Below are positions 7,833 to 14,651 of a stretch of 32,000 nucleotides of DNA, piece by piece. Made by a program: the position numbers and the translations under genes. The notes under the pieces are model-generated. The model was given only the letters and a program-made list of their open reading frames with translations. It ran no database searches and had not been told where the DNA came from. The stretch covers positions 390,001-422,000 of the forward strand of contig CP013062.1 of assembly GCA_001430755.1 (NCBI GenBank), read 5' to 3'. Origin of the DNA: Candidatus Peribacter riflensis (GTDB taxonomy: Bacteria; Patescibacteriota; Gracilibacteria; Peribacterales; Peribacteraceae). Positions within the stretch are counted from its first letter, which is position 1. The number at the start of each line of letters is the position of its first letter.

Positions 7833-8414
7833 TTACCGGACGAGTGTGTAGATCTTCTCGGCAACCTCCTCCAGCGAGCCGGAGGTGTCGATGACGTGGA
7901 TCGCCGGATCTTCCTCTGCCAGTTTCCGGTAGGCGGCATACACGGTGCGCTGGAGTTCCGTGCGTTCCAGTGCGTCTGTGTGATCGCGTCGGGTCATGCG
8001 CTCCTGCAGGACTGTGAATGGAGGGAGGAGGAAGAGGGTGACATCAGGTCGAATAAATTTTTTGTTCATCTCGTCGAGTTCAGGACGTGCAAGGTTCAGT
8101 GCAAGGCCGTACGCGATGGTCGAGTGGAGATAGCGGTCAGAGATCACCGTCGTTCCTTCTCGCAGTGCCGGCTCGATCACTTCGGTCAGATGCCACGCGC
8201 GATCGGCGCAGAATCGCTCCTGTAACTCAAGAGGCGAGAGGGGAGTGCCGGCACGAAGATCGCTGCGGATGGCGGATCCGATGGGACCGTCTGTCGGTTC
8301 AAACGTGCAGAGGACCGGCTTTCCCTCGCGCGCAAGACGGTCAGACAGCAGCTTGCTGTGCTTGGTCGTTCCGGCTCCGTCGGGGCCTTCGAGGACGATG
8401 AAAATTCCACGCAT
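7833..8414 (-). CDS. tmk: Thymidylate kinase
   Basis: The real start is ATG at 8414 (MRGIFIVLEGPDGAGTTKH, a P-loop), followed by DRYLHSTIAYG. The listed 371-aa ORF has a 178-aa acidic N-terminal extension that is antisense to a better membrane-protein gene. A TATACT box (8423-8428) lies 8 nt upstream. Confidence 0.9.
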   Translation of the reverse strand: MRGIFIVLEGPDGAGTTKHSKLLSDRLAREGKPVLCTFEPTDGPIGSAIRSDLRAGTPLSPLELQERFCADRAWHLTEVIEPALREGTTVISDRYLHSTIAYGLALNLARPELDEMNKKFIRPDVTLFLLPPFTVLQERMTRRDHTDALERTELQRTVYAAYRKLAEEDPAIHVIDTSGSLEEVAEKIYTLVR

Positions 8415-8444
8415 TAGGCAGCAGTATAGCCCAGTTCTCCTATA

Positions 8445-8473
8445 TTGAATAAAACTCGAAAATGTTGTATAAT
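8445..8473 (+). promoter_or_regulatory. Promoter for the membrane-protein/AAA+ operon
   Basis: TTGAAT (8445-8450), 17 nt, TATAAT (8468-8473), 13 nt, then ATG at 8487. Confidence 0.6.
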
Positions 8474-8486
8474 TACATGAAGATCC

Positions 8487-8924
8487 ATGGAGACCATTCG
8501 TGCGATAGCCGGCCTGCCCAGGGTGCTCAGGCGCCCCACATTTCTGGCGGAGATCTTCGCCGCGGATTTTCTGCCGTGGGCGCTCTGGGAACAGCCGAAA
8601 CGGATCATCCGCGCCTACGCAGCGTACGCAGCTGCCTTCATGGATATCCTCTCCATCCCGTTCCTCTTGAAGACACTCTTGAGTCCCTGGAAGGGGATCG
8701 CGGAGCAGATGCCGAGCGCCTTTCAGTGGGACAAGTTTCTGCAGGCGTTCTTCGTGAATCTGGTGACGCGCATGATCGGCATGGTCATCCGGCTCCTCGC
8801 CATCGTCCTCTCCCTTGCCATTCAGATGCTGCTCTTCGCCCTCTTCATAGTGATCTTCGTCGGATGGTTCGTGTTCCCGCTCATCGTCGTCGGCGTACTC
8901 GCTTTCATCTTCATCCTCGTCTGA
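8487..8924 (+). CDS. Hypothetical integral membrane protein (145 aa)
   Basis: The C-terminal half is strongly hydrophobic (MIGMVIRLLAIVLSLAIQMLLFALFIVIFVGWFVFPLIVVGVLAFIFILV). Its TGA stop is 1 nt before the ATG of the next gene. Confidence 0.75.
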   Translation: METIRAIAGLPRVLRRPTFLAEIFAADFLPWALWEQPKRIIRAYAAYAAAFMDILSIPFLLKTLLSPWKGIAEQMPSAFQWDKFLQAFFVNLVTRMIGMVIRLLAIVLSLAIQMLLFALFIVIFVGWFVFPLIVVGVLAFIFILV

Positions 8925-8925
8925 T

Positions 8926-11343
8926 ATGGCACACACGGTGGACATCACCGGGACACGTGCCGGCCTCGCCGCGCTCCTGTCTGGCCTGTTCTTCGGCGCG
9001 GTGACGTGGGTCGGGATGGCTATCGCGATCGGCGCACTGGTTCTCTACGGCGAAGAGAGCAGTCACTGGACGGCGGCGGGCCTGTTGGCCGCGCTCCTGC
9101 TGGTCGCCCTCTTCATGATCCGCCGCTTCATCCTGGATCGTCTGGGGAACGATGCACACCTGGCGGAGAAGGCCCGCACGGCGATGGACCGCTTGCCGCT
9201 CGATCTTATCGCGCACCTGCACGATTTCACGACGGTATCGGTCGCAGAGTTCCTGCGCGCGTCGCTTCAGTCCTCCCGTGGGACATTCCTGCTCGCCCAG
9301 ATGGCGGCGCGGCCCGAGGTGGTGTGGGAGTGCCTGCGCGAGACGGCTGAGAAGCTGGATGCATCCGCGTTCCTCGACGAAGCGGCCCGGCGCCTGCCGG
9401 AGTTCAAGAAGAAGATGATCTCCGCGCCGTACATCCTGTTCCTGCTCTTCGAGCAGAGCCCGGGTGCGGCGGAGTTCCTCAATGGGCTCGATCTTTCGAT
9501 TGAGGATCTCAAGGCGATGCTCGCGTGGGAGAAATTCCACGTGCTTCTGCCGAAGAAACATGCGCTCTTCAGCCCCCACGTGCTCATCCGGGCGCTGGGC
9601 GGGCTCGAGAAATCCTGGATGCTGGGATACACGAGCGAGCTCGACCGTCTCACCACCGAGATCACGGGCTCGATTCTGTGGCAGGATGACCGCGCGGTGC
9701 TGCTGCACATGCCGCTCATCGAAGAAGCCCACCGCATCCTCGCGCGGCCGAGTAACCACAACATTCTCGTCGTCGGACCGCAGGGCGTGGGCAAATCCAC
9801 GTTCGTGCAGAACGTGCTCTACCAGTTGCGCCGCGCCGAAGTGAAAGATTCGAAACCCACCACGCGCATATTGCTGCTCAAAACGGCGGCGCTGCTCTCG
9901 GGCGGAGCGCGGCCCGATGCGTTCCTGCTGCAGGCTATAGCGCAGGCGGAGCGGTCGGGGCACTACCTGCTCGTCATCGAAAATGTCGCTCTCCTGCTGC
10001 AGTCGGCCGATTCCAAAGTGCTCACCGTGTTGCAGAAGCTGCTCGAGACGAAGAATGTCTCGGTGATCGCGACGGCGCGGACGGAGGAGTATCACGATGT
10101 CATCAAGCGCACGACGGCCGTCGAGAGCCTCTTCTCGGTGCTGCCTTTGGAAGAGCCGAAGGAGGAAGAGATCCTGTCGGCGCTCATGGAACGGCACTTC
10201 CGTCTGGAGCATGCCCTGCATGTCACCGTGACGTACAAGGCGCTGCAATCGATCCTCACTCTCACGCGCCGGTACCTGGGCAAGGGCGCGTTCCCCGGCA
10301 AGGCGCTTGCGGTGATGGAAGATGCCATGGCCAGCGCGCACAAAGCACGCGTGCCCGCCGTCATCGAGCCGCACATCCGCGAGATTATTTCGCGCGCGTC
10401 GCACGTGAACGTGACCGAGGTCAAGGAGGGGGAGCGTGACCGGCTGCTGAAGATCGAGCAGGTCATGCGTGAGCGGGTGATCGGACAAGATCCCGCGGTG
10501 CATGCGGTTGCGAACGCCCTCAAGCGCGCGCGCATGGACGTGGGATCCGGCAAGCGGCCGCTGGGAACCTTCCTCTTCCTTGGGCCCACAGGCGTGGGCA
10601 AGACCCAGACGGCCAAGACGCTCGCCGAAGTCTATTTCGGAGCGGCGGACCGCATGATCCGGCTCGACATGAACGAGTACTCTACCGAGCAGAGCATCGA
10701 GGGCATTCTGGGTTCCCCGCAGGCCGGCAGAGAGCATGCCGAAGGATTCCTGACCAAGCGCATTCAGGATCAGCCGTTCTCACTCCTCCTGCTGGATGAG
10801 GTCGAGAAGGCGCATCCCTCCGTGATGAACCTCTTCCTGCAGGTGCTGGATGAGGGCGTGCTCACCGATCATCACGGGGTGAAGACGGATTTCCGCAACA
10901 CCATCATCATCGCCACCTCCAATGCGGGCGCGCTCTTCATTCGAAACTTCGTCGCGCAGCATCCGACGCCGGAGCCGGAAGCCTTCAGGAAGGTGGTGAT
11001 CGACACGGTGCTGGCCGAGAAAATCTTCTCACCCGAGTTCCTGAACCGCTTCGACGAGACGGTGCTCTTTCAGCCGCTTTCGCTCGAAAGTGCGAAGAAG
11101 GTGGCGCTGCTGCAGATTGCAGACATCGTCGCCGAGATTCAGCAGAAGCGCGGCATCACCGTGCAGGTGCAGGAGGATCTCATCCGCGAGATCGTGACGC
11201 GCGGATACAGCGCGGAATTCGGCGCGCGTGCCATGCGGCGCGTCATCACGCAGGAAGTGGAAGACCGGCTCGCCGATGAGCTGCTCAAGCACGATATCAA
11301 ACGCGGCGAGACCATCGTGATCGGTGGGCCGAAGCACACGTAG
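8926..11343 (+). CDS. Membrane-anchored Clp/Hsp100-family AAA+ ATPase with two nucleotide-binding domains
   Basis: The 805-aa ORF has two N-terminal TM helices (LAALLSGLFFGAVTWVGMAIAIGALVLY and LLAALLLVALFMI). NBD1 has Walker A GPQGVGKST. NBD2 has Walker A GPTGVGKTQTAKTLAEVYFG, Walker B LLLLDEVEKAHPSVMNLFLQVLDEG and sensor ATSNAG. The C-terminal GARAMRRVI matches the Clp D2-small domain. Confidence 0.88.
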   Translation: MAHTVDITGTRAGLAALLSGLFFGAVTWVGMAIAIGALVLYGEESSHWTAAGLLAALLLVALFMIRRFILDRLGNDAHLAEKARTAMDRLPLDLIAHLHDFTTVSVAEFLRASLQSSRGTFLLAQMAARPEVVWECLRETAEKLDASAFLDEAARRLPEFKKKMISAPYILFLLFEQSPGAAEFLNGLDLSIEDLKAMLAWEKFHVLLPKKHALFSPHVLIRALGGLEKSWMLGYTSELDRLTTEITGSILWQDDRAVLLHMPLIEEAHRILARPSNHNILVVGPQGVGKSTFVQNVLYQLRRAEVKDSKPTTRILLLKTAALLSGGARPDAFLLQAIAQAERSGHYLLVIENVALLLQSADSKVLTVLQKLLETKNVSVIATARTEEYHDVIKRTTAVESLFSVLPLEEPKEEEILSALMERHFRLEHALHVTVTYKALQSILTLTRRYLGKGAFPGKALAVMEDAMASAHKARVPAVIEPHIREIISRASHVNVTEVKEGERDRLLKIEQVMRERVIGQDPAVHAVANALKRARMDVGSGKRPLGTFLFLGPTGVGKTQTAKTLAEVYFGAADRMIRLDMNEYSTEQSIEGILGSPQAGREHAEGFLTKRIQDQPFSLLLLDEVEKAHPSVMNLFLQVLDEGVLTDHHGVKTDFRNTIIIATSNAGALFIRNFVAQHPTPEPEAFRKVVIDTVLAEKIFSPEFLNRFDETVLFQPLSLESAKKVALLQIADIVAEIQQKRGITVQVQEDLIREIVTRGYSAEFGARAMRRVITQEVEDRLADELLKHDIKRGETIVIGGPKHT

Positions 11344-11351
11344 CGCATTGT

Positions 11352-12602
11352 TCAGACTTCGTGAAAAACCCGCGCGCTCTTTCGCCGGAAGACGAAGACG
11401 AAGAGCATCCACGCGAGGAAGATCGCGCCGCTCCCCATGATCGTGGGCAAGCTGGGATGCAGCGTCGCGATGAAGCCGGCGATGAGCGGCGGCAGAGCCA
11501 TGGCAAGCGACTGCAGCGACTGGTTGATGCCGAGGATCTCGCCCTGCGATTCCGGTCCGGCCAGGTTCGAGATGATGGCGGTGGCATTGGGGTGCGTGAG
11601 GCCGTTACTGATCGCGATGAACGGGAAGACCACATAGATGAAGACGGCGCGCTCCGGCAGCAGCAGGAGCGGAAGGGCGAGAGCAAGGGCGAACGCCGAC
11701 ACGCTCACGATCTGTTCGGGCTTGAACCGCCGCGAGAGCGGACGGTTGATGAGGCCCTGGGTGATGGCGATCCAGAGCCCCATGTACGCGTACAGGTCGC
11801 CGATGTCGCCCTGAGAGAAGTGGAAGCGCTCGATGAGCATGACCTGAAAGAACTGCGTGAAGAAGTTGAACCCGAGCACGAGCAGAAAAGAAACCAAGAG
11901 GATCGTCCGTAGGTGCGCGAACTCAAAGGCGCGCCGGATGTTCATAAAACCCGTGAAGATGCTCAGCCGCGTTTGCACCCGCGTGTGGAGCGTCTCGGGC
12001 AGGGTGCCGAGCACCAGCAGGATATTGAGTCCGGCGAGGATCGCGGCGGCCCAGAAGGGGGTGGCGGGCGAGAACCACGAGACGACTGCGGGGTCCGCGA
12101 GCTTGCCGCCCATGAAGGGGCCCAGAATGAACCCGAGGCCGAAGGCCATGCCTATGAGACCGAAGTTGCGCGCTTTCTCGCGCTCTTCACTCACGTCGGC
12201 GATGGCGGACTGCGCGGCCGAGATGTTGCCGCCCGTGAAGCCTGCCAGCGCGCGGCTGAAGAAAATGATCCACATCTGCCGCGTGGCGATGCCGTAGCCC
12301 GTGAGCAGGTAGCCGCAGAGCGTGCCCAGGAGCGAGATCATGATGATCCTGCGTCGGCCGTAGCGGTCCGAGAGGGCACCCAAGATGGGCGAACCGAAGA
12401 ACTGGAAGAGGGGATAGATGGCGACGAGGAACCCGTAGAGGATGGTCTTCGATTCCACCGTCATCTCGGTGGGCAGAATCCCGAAGGGGCTGATCATGAG
12501 GGGAGCTAAAATCGGGATCGCGAGACCCATCCCCAACAGATCCAAAAAGATCGTGAAGAAGAGAGTCCAGAGCACAGTGCGGGGATGCTTCGCTTGGGTC
12601 AT
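11352..12602 (-). CDS. MFS transporter (drug:H+ antiporter / TetA-like family)
   Basis: I place the start at ATG 12602 (MTQAKHPRTVLWTLFFTIFLDLLGMG). MFS motif A is GALSDRYGRRRIIM, and there are about 12 hydrophobic segments. The 75 upstream ORF codons cover hairpin repeats and are rejected. Confidence 0.88.
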   Translation of the reverse strand: MTQAKHPRTVLWTLFFTIFLDLLGMGLAIPILAPLMISPFGILPTEMTVESKTILYGFLVAIYPLFQFFGSPILGALSDRYGRRRIIMISLLGTLCGYLLTGYGIATRQMWIIFFSRALAGFTGGNISAAQSAIADVSEEREKARNFGLIGMAFGLGFILGPFMGGKLADPAVVSWFSPATPFWAAAILAGLNILLVLGTLPETLHTRVQTRLSIFTGFMNIRRAFEFAHLRTILLVSFLLVLGFNFFTQFFQVMLIERFHFSQGDIGDLYAYMGLWIAITQGLINRPLSRRFKPEQIVSVSAFALALALPLLLLPERAVFIYVVFPFIAISNGLTHPNATAIISNLAGPESQGEILGINQSLQSLAMALPPLIAGFIATLHPSLPTIMGSGAIFLAWMLFVFVFRRKSARVFHEV

Positions 12603-12653
12603 TGGGACCGCTAGTCTAGCGGGGAGGAGGGGAGTCTGCTCTTGATTTGGGAT

Positions 12654-12839
12654 GGATTGTTGGTTGTGTGTGTTCGACCTCACCCCCATCCCCTCTCCTG
12701 CGCACAGGAGAGGGGAGTTGTTCGTGTTGGTTGTTTCTGTGGATGTTCTTTCACCACAAACAAAAACAGCTCCCTTCTCCTCCAGAGAGGAGAAGGGTAG
12801 GGGATGAGGTCGGACAAAACAGCACACAAAACAGTAACC
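12654..12839. repeat. Head-to-head pair of ~90-nt repeat units, each with a perfect 11-bp hairpin
   Basis: Hairpin 1 is CCCCTCTCCTG-CGCA-CAGGAGAGGGG (12690-12715). Hairpin 2 is CCCTTCTCCTC-CAGA-GAGGAGAAGGG (12772-12797). The flanks CGACCTCA..ATCCCCT (12675-12694) and AGGGGATGAGGTCG (12799-12812) are inverted copies. The outer GT-rich and CA-rich tracts are also mirror images. Confidence 0.85.
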
Positions 12840-12869
12840 CCATATCGAAGGGTGACGCCGGCCGCTCCC

Positions 12870-13100
12870 TTAATTCACACTCGGGTATTTCTCCGGATGC
12901 AGCACGGGGTCCTCGATCTGCAGGACTGCTTCCCACTCCTTGTGTACTGCGGGGTTCTCCAGTGCCTTGGCGACGCGATGTGCGATCTCCAGTTGTGCCG
13001 CTGTGGCCTGTTTCGATTCCATCACTTCCAGATAGGTCGCCATGTCATCGGGATGGATTTTTGGGGTATCCGGGGAAGGGGAGTTTTGTTGAGGAGTCAT
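12870..13100 (-). CDS. Hypothetical small protein (76 aa)
   Basis: ATG at 13100 is preceded by TATACT (13107-13112) 6 nt upstream, the same leaderless layout as confirmed genes. The sequence is plausibly helical (ATYLEVMESKQATAAQLEIAHRVAKALENPAVHKEWEAVL). I recognise no family. Confidence 0.55.
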   Translation of the reverse strand: MTPQQNSPSPDTPKIHPDDMATYLEVMESKQATAAQLEIAHRVAKALENPAVHKEWEAVLQIEDPVLHPEKYPSVN

Positions 13101-13145
13101 CAAGATAGTATACAGGATTTGGGCTTCTATGTCTTCTTCAGAATG

Positions 13146-13415
13146 TCATCCCGAGCGCCTGCCTGCCGGCAGGCAGGTAGTCGAGGGGCGACGCCGGAGG
13201 AGGGGATTATTCCCTCGCTGTAAATTCTCTGAATCGGTTTCTTTTGTCAGGGGACCAGGGAACCTTGTCCGGTTCCCTAGGCCCCCCGACACCTCCCTTA
13301 CCCTCCTGACGGCCAAGCTTAGGTGGGAAACCTGCGGGTTTCCCCCCACTTCCGTTCCCCCCTTCCAACTGGTTTTGTTTGTGTTTTGTTGAGGCGGGTG
13401 GCGGCGAACTTCCCT
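13146..13415. repeat. Hairpin-dense GC-rich intergenic repeat cluster (REP-like)
   Basis: It contains a perfect 20-nt palindrome CCTGCCTGCCGGCAGGCAGG (13157-13176), a hairpin AGGGAACC-TTGTCC-GGTTCCCT (13257-13278) and a hairpin GGGAAACC-TGCG-GGTTTCCC (13325-13344). A GT-rich tract and GTGGCGGCGAACTTCC (13398-13413) follow. Confidence 0.8.
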
Positions 13416-13452
13416 AAACGTATCACCCCAAGCGTAGTTGAACCTGCTTCGC

Positions 13453-13638
13453 TTACCTTGTGTTAGTCCTTATCTTTTCCATTTCCTTCGCATTTTTGTT
13501 TCTAATATCTTGCTCGATCCAGTCAATCTTGTCGTGAATCTCCCACAACTTCTTCCATATCTTATTTATCATTCTTCCAAACAGAAAACAAACAAGGAAG
13601 CCGAGGCCAATAAGAATAATAAATTCCGCTCTATCCAT
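13453..13638 (-). CDS. Small single-pass membrane protein (61 aa), low-GC
   Basis: The sequence MDRAEFIILIGLGFLVCFLFGRMINKIWKKLWEIHDKIDWIEQDIRNKNAKEMEKIRTNTR has one N-terminal TM helix followed by a charged helix. TATACT (13650-13655) lies 11 nt upstream of the ATG. Codon usage is AT-rich, unlike the neighbouring genes. Confidence 0.6.
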   Translation of the reverse strand: MDRAEFIILIGLGFLVCFLFGRMINKIWKKLWEIHDKIDWIEQDIRNKNAKEMEKIRTNTR

Positions 13639-13800
13639 AACTAATGCTCAGTATATCAACGATACTGTTCAACAGTAAGTATCGCACCACCTTTTCTCTC
13701 CCGTGAGCATCTCTTCTAAGCTGGAAGAGAGCGGGGGTCATGGTTCGACAGAGCTCACCATGACACCTTCCCCTTCACCCCCCGTGGCGGCGGACCTCCA

Positions 13801-14595
13801 TTAGTTGTGTGTTAATTGATACTTTCGGATTTTTTCTTCGCGTTGTTTAATCAATTCTCGCTGATTAATTGTTTCAATTATTTTTCCTGCGGGAACTACC
13901 ATTGCAATGCCCATATTTACATTGTCCGTGGTAATTATTCTGTCGTTTGCCTGTTTTCCCCCGGTCATCCAATGACCATGAATAAGACCTAGAAGAAAGA
14001 AATGATCGCCTAGATAAACAAAAGCTGGTGAGCCACTTAGGCCTCCGATTGATCTAGCTTCAACTAAATGTGCTTCGATCCTCCCATACATTTGACTCGG
14101 CACAAATCGACCTTTTGAAAGCATCGCAATATTTCCATGTCGCATAATCGGGAGATTCATAGGTGCTTCACTTAGATTGGAAAAAAGGCCAGGGAAAAAG
14201 ACTGTGTCGCCAATGCCAGCATTGTTCTGTGTTACCAGGGAATCATTTATCATATCCGAAGATAAAGGTTTATATTCAAATCTTGATTCATTTGGGACCA
14301 TGGGCATAACGGCAACATCTACACAATCACTCTCGTATGGGTGGAAATACCATTTGCGGGGTGGATCAATTGGAATGTCATGAGAGATTCCATCTTTTCG
14401 ATTCATTCTGAGAATGAATGATTCGCCAAGAAGAATTGCAATATGCTTTGCTGTGACTAAATATGTTTGAGCTCCAAAAACATTTTCCACTGCAACAAAA
14501 AACCCTGTCCCTTTCAGTGATACGTTTTTGTCTTTATTCTTGTGTCCAAGAAACACAACTGACTGGAGAACAACATCTGGGATACGAGTGCGCAT
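13801..14595 (-). CDS. Trypsin/chymotrypsin-fold serine peptidase (S1-like), no signal peptide, low-GC
   Basis: The 264-aa ORF starts with GTGFFVAV...YLVTAKHI (candidate His). It continues with DCVDVAVMPM (candidate Asp) and SIGGLSGSPAFV (a GxSGSP serine motif). The N-terminus MRTRIPDVVLQSVVFLGHKN is not signal-like. Confidence 0.8.
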   Translation of the reverse strand: MRTRIPDVVLQSVVFLGHKNKDKNVSLKGTGFFVAVENVFGAQTYLVTAKHIAILLGESFILRMNRKDGISHDIPIDPPRKWYFHPYESDCVDVAVMPMVPNESRFEYKPLSSDMINDSLVTQNNAGIGDTVFFPGLFSNLSEAPMNLPIMRHGNIAMLSKGRFVPSQMYGRIEAHLVEARSIGGLSGSPAFVYLGDHFFLLGLIHGHWMTGGKQANDRIITTDNVNMGIAMVVPAGKIIETINQRELIKQREEKIRKYQLTHN

Positions 14596-14610
14596 TAGTC
14601 CGGATTGAAT

Positions 14611-14642
14611 CCCCCGTCCCTCGGTTTCCCTCGGGACGGGGG
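14611..14642 (-). terminator. groEL downstream hairpin (putative terminator)
   Basis: CCCCCGTCCC (14611-14620) pairs with GGGACGGGGG (14633-14642) around a 12-nt loop, beginning 9 nt after the groEL stop. The U-run is weak (ATTCAATCC). Confidence 0.5.
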
Positions 14643-14651
14643 CTTAGTACC

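Noticed and set aside
7661-7939. 92-aa minus ORF, or a ~31-aa GTG-initiated peptide (VVALSVETDVPAIAEGVIGGAFSLVLSLSP) ending inside the 7641-7667 hairpin
   Set aside because: The upstream two-thirds overlaps the tmk 3' end in another frame. The short version has no ATG, no nearby -10 box of the type seen before other genes, and no recognisable family. It is noted only as a possibility.
8415-8948. 178-aa acidic N-terminal extension of the tmk ORF
   Set aside because: Tmk begins at the P-loop-proximal ATG 8414, with a TATACT box 8 nt upstream. The extension is antisense to a well-formed membrane-protein gene and to a strong plus-strand promoter.
8911-10737. 608-aa minus-strand ORF, the second-longest ORF in the track
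   Set aside because: It is exactly antisense to the AAA+ ATPase, whose plus-strand frame carries complete Walker A/B and sensor motifs. The minus product is Arg/His/Leu/Gln-rich low complexity, typical of shadow ORFs in high-GC DNA.
12603-12827. 75-codon N-terminal extension of the MFS ORF
   Set aside because: The extension simply translates the palindromic repeats (for example SPLLCAGEGMG from hairpin 1). The MFS fold starts at MTQAKHPRTVLW, and a TAGACT box sits 10 nt before that ATG.
13109-13450. Possible housekeeping ncRNA (SRP RNA, RNase P RNA, tmRNA, 6S) in the 340-nt structured gap, and the 87-aa ORF 13129-13392
   Set aside because: I looked on both strands and found none of the expected signatures. 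These were the SRP helix-8 core (GUCAGGUCCGGAAGGAAGCAGC; only a loose GUCAGGAGGGUAAGGGAGG is present, and it cannot form the GNRA hairpin), the RNase P P4 strands (GAGGAAAGUCC / ACAGAA), and a tmRNA tRNA-like end (..UCCACCA). The region lies upstream of, not within, the predicted transcript of the 76-aa gene. The 87-aa ORF is a translation of the repeats. A covariance-model scan (Infernal/Rfam) would settle this.
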